From Myxococcota bacterium (GTDB lineage Bacteria > Myxococcota_A > UBA796 > CAJQPC01): a stretch of DNA of 64,000 bases. Positions 45,776-55,781 of the stretch are shown piece by piece (position 1 is the stretch's first letter; each line of letters opens with the position of its first letter). The stretch covers positions 96,001 through 160,000 of the forward strand of contig DASCPX010000027.1 of NCBI GenBank assembly GCA_036012755.1, in the 5' to 3' direction. The notes beneath the pieces were generated by a model. It did not search any database, was not told the DNA's origin, and saw nothing but the letters and a program-made list of their open reading frames with translations. The position numbers were made by a program, and so were the translations under genes.

Positions 45776-46300
45776 TCAGGCAGAACGCGGCTGGTAGATC
45801 GACAGGCCGGTCCGGCCGTAGACGCGGCGCTCGAGCAGCTCGAGTCCACCGGCACCGGGGCTCTCTTCGTCCCGACGATGCTCCAGGACGAGGCGCCAGC
45901 GAACGCGGCCCTCGAGGCTGGCGAGCACCGCGGCGACCGACTCCCCGTAGGGCGGGTCCAGCAACACGAGATCCCAGGAACCCTCTCCGATCGCCACTGG
46001 TGCGGCTCCCACACGGATCTCCAAGCGGTCCGCGAGGCCGAGCGAGCGCGCCGCCCTGCGGACGAAGGCCGCCGTCTTGGCGTTCTTCTCGACCAGGGTG
46101 GCCCGCTCGGCCCCGCGAGACAGCGCCTCGAAAGACATCAGGCCCGACCCGCCGAAGACGTCGAGCACCGAGAACCCTGTCAGGTCCTGCCCGAGCATGT
46201 TGAACAAGGCCTCGCGCACCTTCGACGACGTCGGTCGAACTCCTGGGGGGATCCGCCCCGGAACCACGCGACTTCGCAGGTCTCCACCGGTGATGCGCAC
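45776..46300 (-). CDS. rsmD: 16S rRNA m2G966 methyltransferase
   Basis: RITGG, RPTSSKVREALFN, FGGSG, EALSRGA, DPPY; AAGGAGG SD. Confidence 0.93.
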   Translation of the reverse strand: MRITGGDLRSRVVPGRIPPGVRPTSSKVREALFNMLGQDLTGFSVLDVFGGSGLMSFEALSRGAERATLVEKNAKTAAFVRRAARSLGLADRLEIRVGAAPVAIGEGSWDLVLLDPPYGESVAAVLASLEGRVRWRLVLEHRRDEESPGAGGLELLERRVYGRTGLSIYQPRSA

Positions 46301-46347
46301 GGCGGCCTCCTTCACACAGGTCGACTCCCGGCTTATCGTTCGCCGCG

Positions 46348-47358
46348 ATGGCCGAGAAGGACAGCTTCGACCGCTTCGTAGCCGACGAAGCAGAGAACAC
46401 CCAGTACGAGTCCCACTACCTCAAGGCGAACTCGCCCGATGGCGAGCGGGCGTTCTGGGTGAAGCACACCCTCGTCTGCGCGGGCCCGACATGGGCCGAG
46501 CGGATCTGGGAGGTCTGGTTCCTCGCCTTCGAGCGCGGTGGACGGACCTGGGTGAACAAGGCCGAGCTCCGCTGGGGACAGATGGAGGCCATCCTCGACG
46601 GCCCCTGTCTCGTCGGACCCGGCGTCCGCTTCGACCCGACCCGCTCGGTCGGCAAGCTCGGCAGCATCGAGTGGGAGCTCATCCTCGGCGGCGGTGTCGG
46701 CCCGATCCGTCACCTGCCCATCGAGGCGCTCTACCGCGGCAGGAACACCAAGGTCCTCACCCCTGCGAGCTGCCTGCGCTTCGCCGGTGAGGTCCGGCTC
46801 GGTGACGAGACCTGGCCGATCGACTCCTGGGTCGGATGCCGGGGCCACAACTGGGGCGAGGACTACGGACAGCGCTACGGTTGGGTCGCGACGCACGTCT
46901 GGGACGACGGCGCCCAGCGCTCGGTAGAGGGCTTCACGGGCCTCGCCAGCGCCCCGCTGGTCGGGCAGACCCTGGTGTCCCGCGTCATCGCGAAGGGCGC
47001 CGATACGGCCTCGTGGACTCGTCCGGGTACGTGGCCAGCGGCTCCAGGCGCCCACGCCGTCCGTTTCCAGAGCTCCGGCGGCGGCTCGCTGTCGGCAGAA
47101 GCCGCGGCGGGTGAGTTCGTCCACCTGCGCTATCGGAGCCCCAGCGGGGCCGACGTGCTGTGTCGCTGCACGAAGTTCGCGAGCGTGCGCTTCGAGGGCC
47201 CCTCGGGGGTGTCTACCTCTCGCTGCGGCGAGCTGGAGTTCGTCGATCGCGCTCTCGCCGTCCCCGAGGATGCACTGCCGCCCGCCGACTGGAAGATGTC
47301 GGAGGACGGCGTCTTCGAGAGGGTCTTCTATGGATCGACCGCCAGGTCGGCCTCGTAG
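46348..47358 (+). CDS. Hypothetical protein (tocopherol cyclase/AttH-like beta fold)
   Basis: YESHYLKAN, AFWVK, GHNWG motifs. Confidence 0.6.
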   Translation: MAEKDSFDRFVADEAENTQYESHYLKANSPDGERAFWVKHTLVCAGPTWAERIWEVWFLAFERGGRTWVNKAELRWGQMEAILDGPCLVGPGVRFDPTRSVGKLGSIEWELILGGGVGPIRHLPIEALYRGRNTKVLTPASCLRFAGEVRLGDETWPIDSWVGCRGHNWGEDYGQRYGWVATHVWDDGAQRSVEGFTGLASAPLVGQTLVSRVIAKGADTASWTRPGTWPAAPGAHAVRFQSSGGGSLSAEAAAGEFVHLRYRSPSGADVLCRCTKFASVRFEGPSGVSTSRCGELEFVDRALAVPEDALPPADWKMSEDGVFERVFYGSTARSAS

Positions 47359-48764
47359 GAGATCACGCCGACGTCGCCTGCCAGGTCGTGGGCTCCGGTG
47401 AGGTAGGCATCGACGCTGCCGTCGCCCTTGACCGTGCCCTCGAAGGCGTCGCTGTAGGCGTCGACGACGACCTTGCCGATGACGTTGGTGCCGCTCTCCT
47501 CGGCGGACCAGGTGATCTGGAAGTCTCCGCTGCGGCCCTCGTGCTCGAGGTGGCAGACCGCCGTGAGGTAGAGGTGTCCCTTGTTCGCGACACCGTTGAC
47601 CGGTCCCGAGCAGGTCTTGGTCACGCCGTAGCGGTCAGAGGTGACGTCCGCCTCGAACCAACCGCTCTTGTCGCCATCCGCGATGGCGCCGATCGGGATC
47701 GAGCCGCCCCCGCCGCTTCCGTTGACGAGGTCGATGTAGCGATCCCAATCCCAGCCCGATCCGGGGTCCGTGTGGCAGCTCGTGCCACCACCGCCGGGGT
47801 TCGAGCAGCCCGGCACCTCGTAGTGGCCGATGATGTGGCTGCGGTCGATCGGGATTCCGTAGCGGTCGCAGATGTCGCGGGTCAGCCGCGCCGAGGCCGA
47901 GTAGAGCGCCTCCGTGTACCACTTGTCGGGCTCCGCGACGTAGCCCTCGTGCTCGATCCCGATCGAGGACTGGTTCGTGTCCCAGTGGCCGGCGTGCCAG
48001 GCGATGTCCTCTTCGTCGACCGTCTGCGTGATCTCGCCGTCAGATGACCTGACGACGTAGTGGGCGCTGGCCGAGGCCGAGGAGTTCTGGAACCAGCTGA
48101 TCGCCCCGGAGTAGCTCCCCTGGACGGTGTGGATGACGACCATGTCGACGCTGGTGCGGCTGCCGTTGGTGTAGTTCGACGAGGACGCTGGAACGAACTG
48201 AGCGATCAGCGATGAACCCGCCATCTCCTGGCGGCTGGACAAGAACGGGAAGGAGCGAGCGGCCACGGTGATGACCTCGTCGCCCTCCTCGATGACGAGC
48301 CCCCAGCTCAGGAACATGTAGACCTGAGCCGCGAAGCCCTCGGCCAGCAGCGGGTCCCGCTCACCGGAGAAGGCCGCGACGATCGGGTACCAGTCTTCGT
48401 GGGTGACGACCTCTGCCCCCCAAGCATCCTCGCGGCTGTCGGCCATCGAGGCCATCAGGGCCGCGGCGCCGCGGATGTTCTCGCAGGTGTCGAGCTCGAG
48501 CTCCTCGCTGGACACCTGGATCAGCGCGGCGGCCTTGTGGATCGACGGCGTGCTCCCGTCGACGCGGAGGTCCATGACGCCGACGCCGCCCTCTGTGCTG
48601 ATCTCCCCCGACCTGGAATCGACGCGGGTCAGGGCGTAGGAGGTGGCGATGAGGAGGTCTCGAGGGACGTCGAACTCAGCGGAGGCGTCGTCGAAGGCGA
48701 CATTCAGCGAGTGGGTGTCTGCAGACTCGGGGGTCGCGCAGGCGACCAGTGCAGCCAGGATCAT
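47328..48764 (-). CDS. N-acetylmuramoyl-L-alanine amidase (Amidase_2) lipoprotein
   Basis: VVIHT, SAHY, AWHAG, SIGIEHEG, IIGH, HTDPG; GAGGAG SD. Confidence 0.93.
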   Translation of the reverse strand: MILAALVACATPESADTHSLNVAFDDASAEFDVPRDLLIATSYALTRVDSRSGEISTEGGVGVMDLRVDGSTPSIHKAAALIQVSSEELELDTCENIRGAAALMASMADSREDAWGAEVVTHEDWYPIVAAFSGERDPLLAEGFAAQVYMFLSWGLVIEEGDEVITVAARSFPFLSSRQEMAGSSLIAQFVPASSSNYTNGSRTSVDMVVIHTVQGSYSGAISWFQNSSASASAHYVVRSSDGEITQTVDEEDIAWHAGHWDTNQSSIGIEHEGYVAEPDKWYTEALYSASARLTRDICDRYGIPIDRSHIIGHYEVPGCSNPGGGGTSCHTDPGSGWDWDRYIDLVNGSGGGGSIPIGAIADGDKSGWFEADVTSDRYGVTKTCSGPVNGVANKGHLYLTAVCHLEHEGRSGDFQITWSAEESGTNVIGKVVVDAYSDAFEGTVKGDGSVDAYLTGAHDLAGDVGVISYEADLAVDP

Positions 48765-48785
48765 CCGGGCTCCTCGGTGCTGGCA

Positions 48786-50537
48786 TCACTTGAAGCAACA
48801 GTCGTGCCAGCCCCAAGAGGTCGCAAACGCTGCGTTTTTGCGGGGCTCGGCTGTGTCCGGTGGGTCGCAATGCGACCTCGTTGTCGCAGGTTCCGCGACA
48901 TTCCAGAGCTCCACCTGGACCCCAGCGCGGAGCAGGCGGTCGTGCCATACCCGCTGTTCGTCACGCATCGAGTCGGTGGGGCCTTTCACCTCGACCAGCA
49001 TCAGCCCACCGGGAATCGTCGCCGGTATCGCGTCGATCTTGCAGGAGGGACCTGGCAGGACGCAGAGGTCCGGGAGGCCGCGCGCGGAGGCCCAGCCCTC
49101 CTCCAGGAGGCGCTCGCAGATGGTCGCCGCCGCGGGCCCGATGCCCTCGACGACGGCCTCGAGGTCCAGCTGCGACCACGCCTTCCAGGCGAGCCCGGTC
49201 ACGCTCTGCCCCGAGCGAGCCTCCCAGTTGCGGGCGAGCACCTCCCTGGCACGGCCTGCACGGATCGACTCCAGCCGGCCTTCGATCTCGGGACGGCGCC
49301 CTCGGAACTCGGAGGTGCCCAGATCCAGCGGGCCGCAGAGGAAGGGAGCCGGCAGCATGCCCTCCACCGGCAGGAAGTAGAGGTCGACGAACAGCAAGCC
49401 GAAGATCGTCGTCCAGAGCAGGTTCTCGGCGGGAAGCGCCCGCCGGGGGGCGAGGGCATCGACGCAGGCCTGCTCGACGGTGACGCCGCGACCCCACCCG
49501 GGGCGGTTTCCCAGGGTCCCGGCGCGCTCGAGCCGGACTCGACGCTTCGGAGCGCGCTTCTGCGGTCTGGCAGGTACCCACGTGACCCGTGCCTTGCGAG
49601 CCAGCCGGCGGCCGGTGCGCTCGAGTCGGAGCGCTTCAGGAGGAGGAGCCCGCTGCCGCCAGTGCGCGCAGAGCTCAGCGCCCTGTCGTTGTCGCCCACT
49701 CCGCCCGAGGATCTGTGCCAGGCGCCAGGCTGCGAACTCCGGCTGCGCGGGGAGCGCGAGCGCGCGCCGGTACAGCTCCTCCGCTCGGTGATCCTCCCCT
49801 GCCCGCTCGAGCTCGCGGGCCCTCTCCAGCGCCCGAGCCGCGAGGACCCGTCGGGTGTCGAGGCGCCTCAGATGAGCGGGCCTCGGGGCCCAGGACGCGG
49901 CGCGCTGAAGGCCCTCCTCGGGCTCCAGCACCGCTCGATGGGCCTCCTCGAAGGCCAGCAACTCGGCGCGGGTGGCGAAGGCTCGACCGCCCGTCCCCGC
50001 TTCGTACTTCGCCGGGCTGAAGTGCCCGAGGCGCTCGAGGATCAGCAGGCTTCGGTCTCGCCTCGGGCTCCGGAACCAGAGCAGCTCCAGGCGACGGATC
50101 AGCGGCTTGTTCGCCACGCGGATCACGCGAGCTGGATGCCCTACGACCTCGCCGCAAAGGCGCCGCTCCAGGTCCTGACGCCTGCCTCCGACAGCCAGTC
50201 CCCGGGCGCGGCAGAGCTCCTGGAGCTCCGTCACCGTGAAGCAGCAGATGCGCTGTGACCAGGGCAGGCCAGCGTGGACGAGGCCTTCCCGCTCGAGCAT
50301 CTCGACGCCGGCCCCGGCGTCCTCGTAGCGGAGCGCATCGACCCGGAAGAGCTCGCCGCTGCGGCTGGCCAGGCGAGCGTAGACACGCCCGGCGGCGCCG
50401 TCGAGCGCAAGGAGCAGGGAGCAGACCGTCCGCTCGCCGGCGGTCAGGAGCGCGCCGTTGGTGGCGATGGCGCCCTCGACGACACGCTTCAGGTCCGCGA
50501 GCGCGTACTCGCCACCGCGCCGATCGGGAGTCGTCAT
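48786..50537 (-). CDS. FAN1-like VRR-NUC nuclease
   Basis: SAP-like TVTELQELCRARGLAVGG, TPR-like region, GLPDL...VEVKGPTD...EQRVW. Confidence 0.85.
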   Translation of the reverse strand: MTTPDRRGGEYALADLKRVVEGAIATNGALLTAGERTVCSLLLALDGAAGRVYARLASRSGELFRVDALRYEDAGAGVEMLEREGLVHAGLPWSQRICCFTVTELQELCRARGLAVGGRRQDLERRLCGEVVGHPARVIRVANKPLIRRLELLWFRSPRRDRSLLILERLGHFSPAKYEAGTGGRAFATRAELLAFEEAHRAVLEPEEGLQRAASWAPRPAHLRRLDTRRVLAARALERARELERAGEDHRAEELYRRALALPAQPEFAAWRLAQILGRSGRQRQGAELCAHWRQRAPPPEALRLERTGRRLARKARVTWVPARPQKRAPKRRVRLERAGTLGNRPGWGRGVTVEQACVDALAPRRALPAENLLWTTIFGLLFVDLYFLPVEGMLPAPFLCGPLDLGTSEFRGRRPEIEGRLESIRAGRAREVLARNWEARSGQSVTGLAWKAWSQLDLEAVVEGIGPAAATICERLLEEGWASARGLPDLCVLPGPSCKIDAIPATIPGGLMLVEVKGPTDSMRDEQRVWHDRLLRAGVQVELWNVAEPATTRSHCDPPDTAEPRKNAAFATSWGWHDCCFK

Positions 50538-50591
50538 GCGTGAACAGTTAGCCCTCCATGGGACCAGTTTCTGTCCGGTCCCGGGAGCGTC

Positions 50592-52016
50592 ATGTCACCT
50601 CGCAAGACGAAGATCGTCGCCACACTGGGCCCGGCATCGCGTCCTGCGGAGATCCTCGAGGAGCTCGTCCAGTACGTGGACGTCTTCCGGATCAACTGCT
50701 CCCACGGCAGCTCGGAGTCGATCCGCCGCGACATCGCCCACGTGCGGCGCGCCTGCATGAACAGTCGCCGCTACGCCGGCATCCTGCTCGATCTGCAGGG
50801 TCCGAAGATCCGCACCGGCGCGATGAAGGAACCGTTGAAGCTCGCGGCCGGGGACGTCCTCGAGGTGGTCATGGACGAGGATCTGTTGGGCGAGGGCCGG
50901 CGCTGTGGCACCACCTACTCCGCGATGGCAGACGACGTGGTCATCGACGATGTCGTGATGTTCGCCGACGGCGCGCTCTCCGGTCGGGTCGAGGCGGTGG
51001 TCCGCGAAGGAGGCCTCGCAGAGGTCCACATCCGCATGGCCGAGGGCGGCGAGCTCGGCTCGCACAAGGGCATCAACCTGCCCGGGGTGGAGATCTCCGC
51101 GCCGTCGCTGACGGACAAGGACATCGCGGACCTGGCGGTCGGGGTGAAGGCCGGCGTCGACTACGTGGCCCTGTCCTTCGTGCGCCAGGCGGAGGACGTG
51201 CGACGCCTCAGGGCCGAGATGGAGCGCTTCGGTCAGGCCAGCGTGCCGATCATCGCGAAGATCGAGAAGCCAGAGGCGCTCGACAACATCCAGGCGATCC
51301 TCGCGGTCGTCGACGGCATCATGGTCGCGCGAGGAGACCTCGGCGTGGAGGTCCCGCTCGAGACGGTCCCGATCCACCAGAAACGTCTCATCCTCGCGGC
51401 CAATCGAGCGGGGGCGCTGGTCATCACCGCGACACAGATGCTCGACTCGATGGAGCGAAACCCACGGCCGACGCGGGCCGAGGCCGCCGATGTCGCCAAC
51501 GCGATCCTCGACGGCACCGACGCGATCATGCTGAGCGGGGAGACCGCCGCGGGGCGCTACCCGGTGCGGTCGGTGAAGGTCATGGACAGCCTCGCGCGGG
51601 AGGTGGAGCGCTCGCCCTTCCTCCCCGAGCCGCGGGCTGATCTCGGCCTCGCCGCCGGTCCCGCCACCCTCGTCGCCCGCGCCGCCTGCATGGCCGCGAG
51701 CGAGGCCGGCCGCCCCCTCATCGTCTTCACGTGGTCCGGAGCCAGCGCGATCACGGCCTCGAAGTTCCGTCCCCGCGGTCCCATCTTCGCCCTCACGCCT
51801 GCCCACGCCGTGTGCGACCGCCTCGCCTTGGCCTGGGGCGTGACGCCGCTGCGCGTCCCAGTGGTCCAGAGCACCGACGAGCTCATCCAGATCGGCGAGC
51901 GGGTGCTCCTCGATGCAGGCCTCATCGAGCCGGGACAGGAGATCGTCGTGCTCGCCGGGACCTCGCCCATGAAGGGCACTACGAACACGATGCGGATCAC
52001 GGTGGCCGGCACATAG
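50592..52016 (+). CDS. pyk: Pyruvate kinase
   Basis: TKIVATLGPAS, DLQGPKIR, AKIEKPEA, MVARGDLGVE, ATQMLDSM, MLSGETA. Confidence 0.97.
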   Translation: MSPRKTKIVATLGPASRPAEILEELVQYVDVFRINCSHGSSESIRRDIAHVRRACMNSRRYAGILLDLQGPKIRTGAMKEPLKLAAGDVLEVVMDEDLLGEGRRCGTTYSAMADDVVIDDVVMFADGALSGRVEAVVREGGLAEVHIRMAEGGELGSHKGINLPGVEISAPSLTDKDIADLAVGVKAGVDYVALSFVRQAEDVRRLRAEMERFGQASVPIIAKIEKPEALDNIQAILAVVDGIMVARGDLGVEVPLETVPIHQKRLILAANRAGALVITATQMLDSMERNPRPTRAEAADVANAILDGTDAIMLSGETAAGRYPVRSVKVMDSLAREVERSPFLPEPRADLGLAAGPATLVARAACMAASEAGRPLIVFTWSGASAITASKFRPRGPIFALTPAHAVCDRLALAWGVTPLRVPVVQSTDELIQIGERVLLDAGLIEPGQEIVVLAGTSPMKGTTNTMRITVAGT

Positions 52017-52019
52017 GAT

Positions 52020-53417
52020 TCAGAGGCTGTAGAGGACCCACTCCTCGCCGACGGCGACGGGGGCGCCGACCGTCGCAGCGAGCCAGCCCTCGATGGCTGC
52101 CGCGTTGCGTAGTTCTGGCCGGTGGAGGAGGAGCCACGAGGTCCCCTGGTCCTCGAGGCGCTCGTCTCGGGCGAGCCAGAGGGTCTCGGCGGCCCGGGTG
52201 TCGACGGTCTGGCCGTCCATCGCCGAGAGGTAGCGGATCCACGCCGGGTTCGGGCTGTGTTGGCCGACGATGAAGTCGATCTCCGCCGGCGCGGTGGAGC
52301 CCTGGAACCACGGGGCGCCGGGGGTGGGCCACACGAGGACCTCGCCAACGGACTCGGGCAGCGCCGCGATGGCCGGATCGGGCGGCAGGACTGTGATGGG
52401 AGCCCGGAGCGACCCTCCGAGGAGGGCCTCCGCGAGCACCGCCAGCCCAGCCGCGGCGAGGAGTACCCGGTGCTTCGCCGCGACCGCGAGCACGCCGAGG
52501 AGCCCCGCGAGGCAGATCGCCGCGGCCCACCCGCTCCCACCCCGACCGAAGCCAGGCGGGGCCAGCGCGAACCACCAGTCGGCAGGTCTGGGCGGTGGTA
52601 GCCCCGACGCTGGGAGCCAGCCCGTGCCGAGCACCACGACGACGGCCAGGATCAGGCCGACGACTCCCGCGGCGCGAGGTCCGAGGGTGACGCAGGCCAG
52701 CAGACCGACGAGGGCGAGCCAGCCCCCGTGGGGTCGCGGCGTCGGGTCCGTCGGAGGTGCCAGCATCGCTGGCATCGGAATCACCGAGCCCTCGGGCGTG
52801 ACGTAGGCCGGCACGGTGCGCCGCTCCGGCTCGGCCTGTCGGAGGGTGTGGGCATCCGGCGACGAGCCCACCGCCAGCTGGGCGAACAAGACGGGCACGA
52901 CCGCCAGCCAGGTCCAGCGGCACCGCCAGCGCCCCGCCAGGACCACCAGCCCGAGCGGCCAGCAGAAGGCCGCGGCGAGCCCGGCGAACAGGGGTGCCGC
53001 GACGACGCCGGCAAGCGCCAACGCCGCAGGCCCCAGGCCCCAGGTTGCGACCTCGCCCGCCCACTGAGCGCGGAGCAGGGCGGGACACAGCTGGAGGCCG
53101 AGCATCCCGAGCGCGCCGATGGCGACACCGTGCTTTCGGCCCAAGAGGTAGCCCCCGAATCCCGCGCACCACACGCCGATGAGCGCCAACGACCCCATCG
53201 CCGTCAGGTCGTCGACCACCAGCCCGAGGAGCCACTGGAGGCCAGCGGCTGCGGGACTGACCGCGTCGAGCGGGTCTCGCGGCCCCAACAGGGAAGCGAA
53301 GAGGATCTCCCCCCGCAGTCCGGGCACCTTGAAGCCCCCGAGGGCGGGCCCGAGGGAGACAGCAGGCAGCACCGCGGCAGCCAGCGCGGCGAGTGCGGTC
53401 TTGGCGCGTTCGTTCAC
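52020..53417 (-). CDS. Polytopic membrane hypothetical protein
   Basis: Multiple hydrophobic segments; GTGA coupling with the upstream gene. Confidence 0.55.
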   Translation of the reverse strand: MNERAKTALAALAAAVLPAVSLGPALGGFKVPGLRGEILFASLLGPRDPLDAVSPAAAGLQWLLGLVVDDLTAMGSLALIGVWCAGFGGYLLGRKHGVAIGALGMLGLQLCPALLRAQWAGEVATWGLGPAALALAGVVAAPLFAGLAAAFCWPLGLVVLAGRWRCRWTWLAVVPVLFAQLAVGSSPDAHTLRQAEPERRTVPAYVTPEGSVIPMPAMLAPPTDPTPRPHGGWLALVGLLACVTLGPRAAGVVGLILAVVVVLGTGWLPASGLPPPRPADWWFALAPPGFGRGGSGWAAAICLAGLLGVLAVAAKHRVLLAAAGLAVLAEALLGGSLRAPITVLPPDPAIAALPESVGEVLVWPTPGAPWFQGSTAPAEIDFIVGQHSPNPAWIRYLSAMDGQTVDTRAAETLWLARDERLEDQGTSWLLLHRPELRNAAAIEGWLAATVGAPVAVGEEWVLYSL

Positions 53418-55186
53418 TCCACCGGATTATCGGCCGCGCAGACCTCCGAGCCGCAGAAGTGCTCGACGACGCCCGGGTCCTCTGGGTCGAGGAAGCGCAG
53501 CATCTGCAGCTTCGCCGACTCCCACTTCCGGACCTCGCGGTGGGCGCCGGTGCGGTCGCTGGGCTGGTTGCCGTTGGTGGGATCAGCCAGCTGAGGATCG
53601 AACTGCACGAGCACCGGCCCGGCTTGCGGCTCCGCGCCCTCGAGCCCCTCTGGCAGGAGCGCATAGGGCTCGAGCAGGGGCCACCCGGCGGAGCGCGCCA
53701 GCATCTCGGTGCCGAGATTGCTGACCTCGTCGTCGCCTACTGCCTCCTGCAACAGGAGCGATCGTCCGGAGAGCTCCTCGCTCCAGCTGAGCGGATCGAC
53801 CGGGTCCCAGTACATCTGGGTCATCGCGTAGCTCAGCTGCCGGTCGGTGCTGTCCTCGACGCCGATGGAGACGAGATCCTCGAAGTCCGACCAGTTCGTG
53901 GAGCGCGGGAAGGTCATCGACCAGTTCGCGCCGCCGACGTGCAGCAGCCCGTGTTCCAGCTCCGGGATCGTAGCGAGGGCGACGCCCCCCATGATCGCCC
54001 CGGCGGAGACCCCCAGGTAGTAGAGCTCTGTTGGGTCCGCGAGCCCGAGGAGCTCCGGGTCGTCCATCAGACCCCCGTTCTGGACGAGATCGACCAGGGC
54101 CTTGTGGTTGACGACGCCCTGGTGGAGACGCTCGCTGATCTCGGGGAAGGTGCCGAGATCGTTCGCCGCGCCGACGACGTCGGGGAGATCGCTGCGGGTC
54201 AGCCCACGCCACGTCGTCGCGACCACGATCATCTCGAGGCGGTCCGACCACTCGAGGAAGTGGTCCGGGTCGTCCGGGTCCGCGAAGATGTTCTTGCAGT
54301 TGTTGAAGAGCCCGTGGCCCCAGATCACGACCGGCACGCTGCCCGGCTCTGCCTCGCTGACAGAGTCGGGGATGTGGATGTACAGGTCGGCCTCGGTGGT
54401 CCCGGTCCTCTGGGGGATTCCGTCCGCGTCGAGATCCAGGAGCGAGTCGTCGACGAGGAAGTCGTCAACCGTGAAGGTCCCCTGCAGGCGCTTGTAGAGG
54501 GGGTCCGCGAGCTCCTCGTCGTCCTGGATCTTGAGCCAGGTCCACTCGGTCGTCGTTCCGAGCTGCTCGAGCATCGCCGTCAGCGGCTCCTTGGCGTGGT
54601 CGACCGGGAAGTCCCAGGCCACCGCGACATCGGACCGCGGGACGCCGAGGGCGTCGAGCTCGTCCATCAAATCTCTCGTGCGCGGGCCGATCTCCGGGCA
54701 GCCGATGGGGTCGGCGCCATCCAGCACGGCCTGGAAGACCTCTGGCCGCGGCGCCACTTCGGTCGTCACCACGACGGCGATCCGGTGGCCGTCCTCCATC
54801 AGCTCCAGCGGACGCACCATGAGCAGGCGCCCGTCGCTGCCGCCACCGTCGTCGACCTCTGCAAAGCTGAGGACGCGTCGGCCGGTCTCGAGGTCGATCA
54901 TCTGGACGTTGCCGCTGCGCTGAGGGGCAGAGGGCGTAGGCAGCGCGGACTCGTCGATCCGATCGAGCCGGACCAGCGCGGTCTGGAGGGGAGAGAAACC
55001 CGTTCGGTGGTCGAGGCGCTCGACGGGCGTCGGCGTCGTGACCATCGGAAGGAGGCCCTCTGGGATGCGGACCCTCCCCTCCTCCATCACCTGCGCCGAC
55101 GGATAGGGCCAGAGCGCGCCGTGGCCCAACAGTCCGCCGTCTCCGGTAGGGAGCGGGTCCGTGCAGGCCAGCGCTAGAAGCCACAT
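53414..55186 (-). CDS. Lipoprotein alpha/beta hydrolase (lipase-like)
   Basis: MWLLALAC, TGFSP, VIWGHGL, YLGVSAG elbow, GDDEV, H. Confidence 0.75.
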   Translation of the reverse strand: MWLLALACTDPLPTGDGGLLGHGALWPYPSAQVMEEGRVRIPEGLLPMVTTPTPVERLDHRTGFSPLQTALVRLDRIDESALPTPSAPQRSGNVQMIDLETGRRVLSFAEVDDGGGSDGRLLMVRPLELMEDGHRIAVVVTTEVAPRPEVFQAVLDGADPIGCPEIGPRTRDLMDELDALGVPRSDVAVAWDFPVDHAKEPLTAMLEQLGTTTEWTWLKIQDDEELADPLYKRLQGTFTVDDFLVDDSLLDLDADGIPQRTGTTEADLYIHIPDSVSEAEPGSVPVVIWGHGLFNNCKNIFADPDDPDHFLEWSDRLEMIVVATTWRGLTRSDLPDVVGAANDLGTFPEISERLHQGVVNHKALVDLVQNGGLMDDPELLGLADPTELYYLGVSAGAIMGGVALATIPELEHGLLHVGGANWSMTFPRSTNWSDFEDLVSIGVEDSTDRQLSYAMTQMYWDPVDPLSWSEELSGRSLLLQEAVGDDEVSNLGTEMLARSAGWPLLEPYALLPEGLEGAEPQAGPVLVQFDPQLADPTNGNQPSDRTGAHREVRKWESAKLQMLRFLDPEDPGVVEHFCGSEVCAADNPVE

Positions 55187-55190
55187 CCGC

Positions 55191-55742
55191 TCACTCCGTG
55201 GCGGCCATGCGCCTCTCGAACTCGGCAACAAGGATAGCCCCGCCTCCCCAGCGCTGCAGCCCGCTGGCAACCCCGCCGACGAAGCCGCCCCCGAAGTCAT
55301 CACCCGGACCCCGCGGCTCTCCCCGGGCGAAGCGTTCGATCGGGGGACTCCTCTTCAGGATCTCGTCCATTGCCGCCCGGACCTCTGCGGACCGGTCGGG
55401 CAGCCAGCCTCGCTCCAGCGCGACGCGGAACATCGTCGCGCGCAGCAGCGCTTCGACCGTCTCGTCCAGGACGTCCTTGACGGTCAGGAAGTAGAAGATC
55501 GTGCGGAAGATCTTCCGGACCACCCAGAAGATCACCCCTCCGGCGACCCGACCGAGGAGCCCACCACGCAGCCGCGTGAGCAGGACGAGCGTGTCGCGGT
55601 CGATCGAGACTCCGGCATCCCTGGCGATCTGCCGGTACATCTGGCGACGCAGGCGTGACCCGATCCAGCGGTCCACGAGCGGAACTGGCACCAGCGGCGT
55701 CAGGCCCGCCAGCAGTCCCCAGTGCACGACAGGGAGTCTCAT
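55191..55742 (-). CDS. Hypothetical protein
   Basis: LTPLVPVPLVD motif; fills the gap between neighbours. Confidence 0.6.
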   Translation of the reverse strand: MRLPVVHWGLLAGLTPLVPVPLVDRWIGSRLRRQMYRQIARDAGVSIDRDTLVLLTRLRGGLLGRVAGGVIFWVVRKIFRTIFYFLTVKDVLDETVEALLRATMFRVALERGWLPDRSAEVRAAMDEILKRSPPIERFARGEPRGPGDDFGGGFVGGVASGLQRWGGGAILVAEFERRMAATE

Positions 55743-55781
55743 CTGGCCTCTGTGGGGTTCGTCGTGTAACTACGGCGAACG

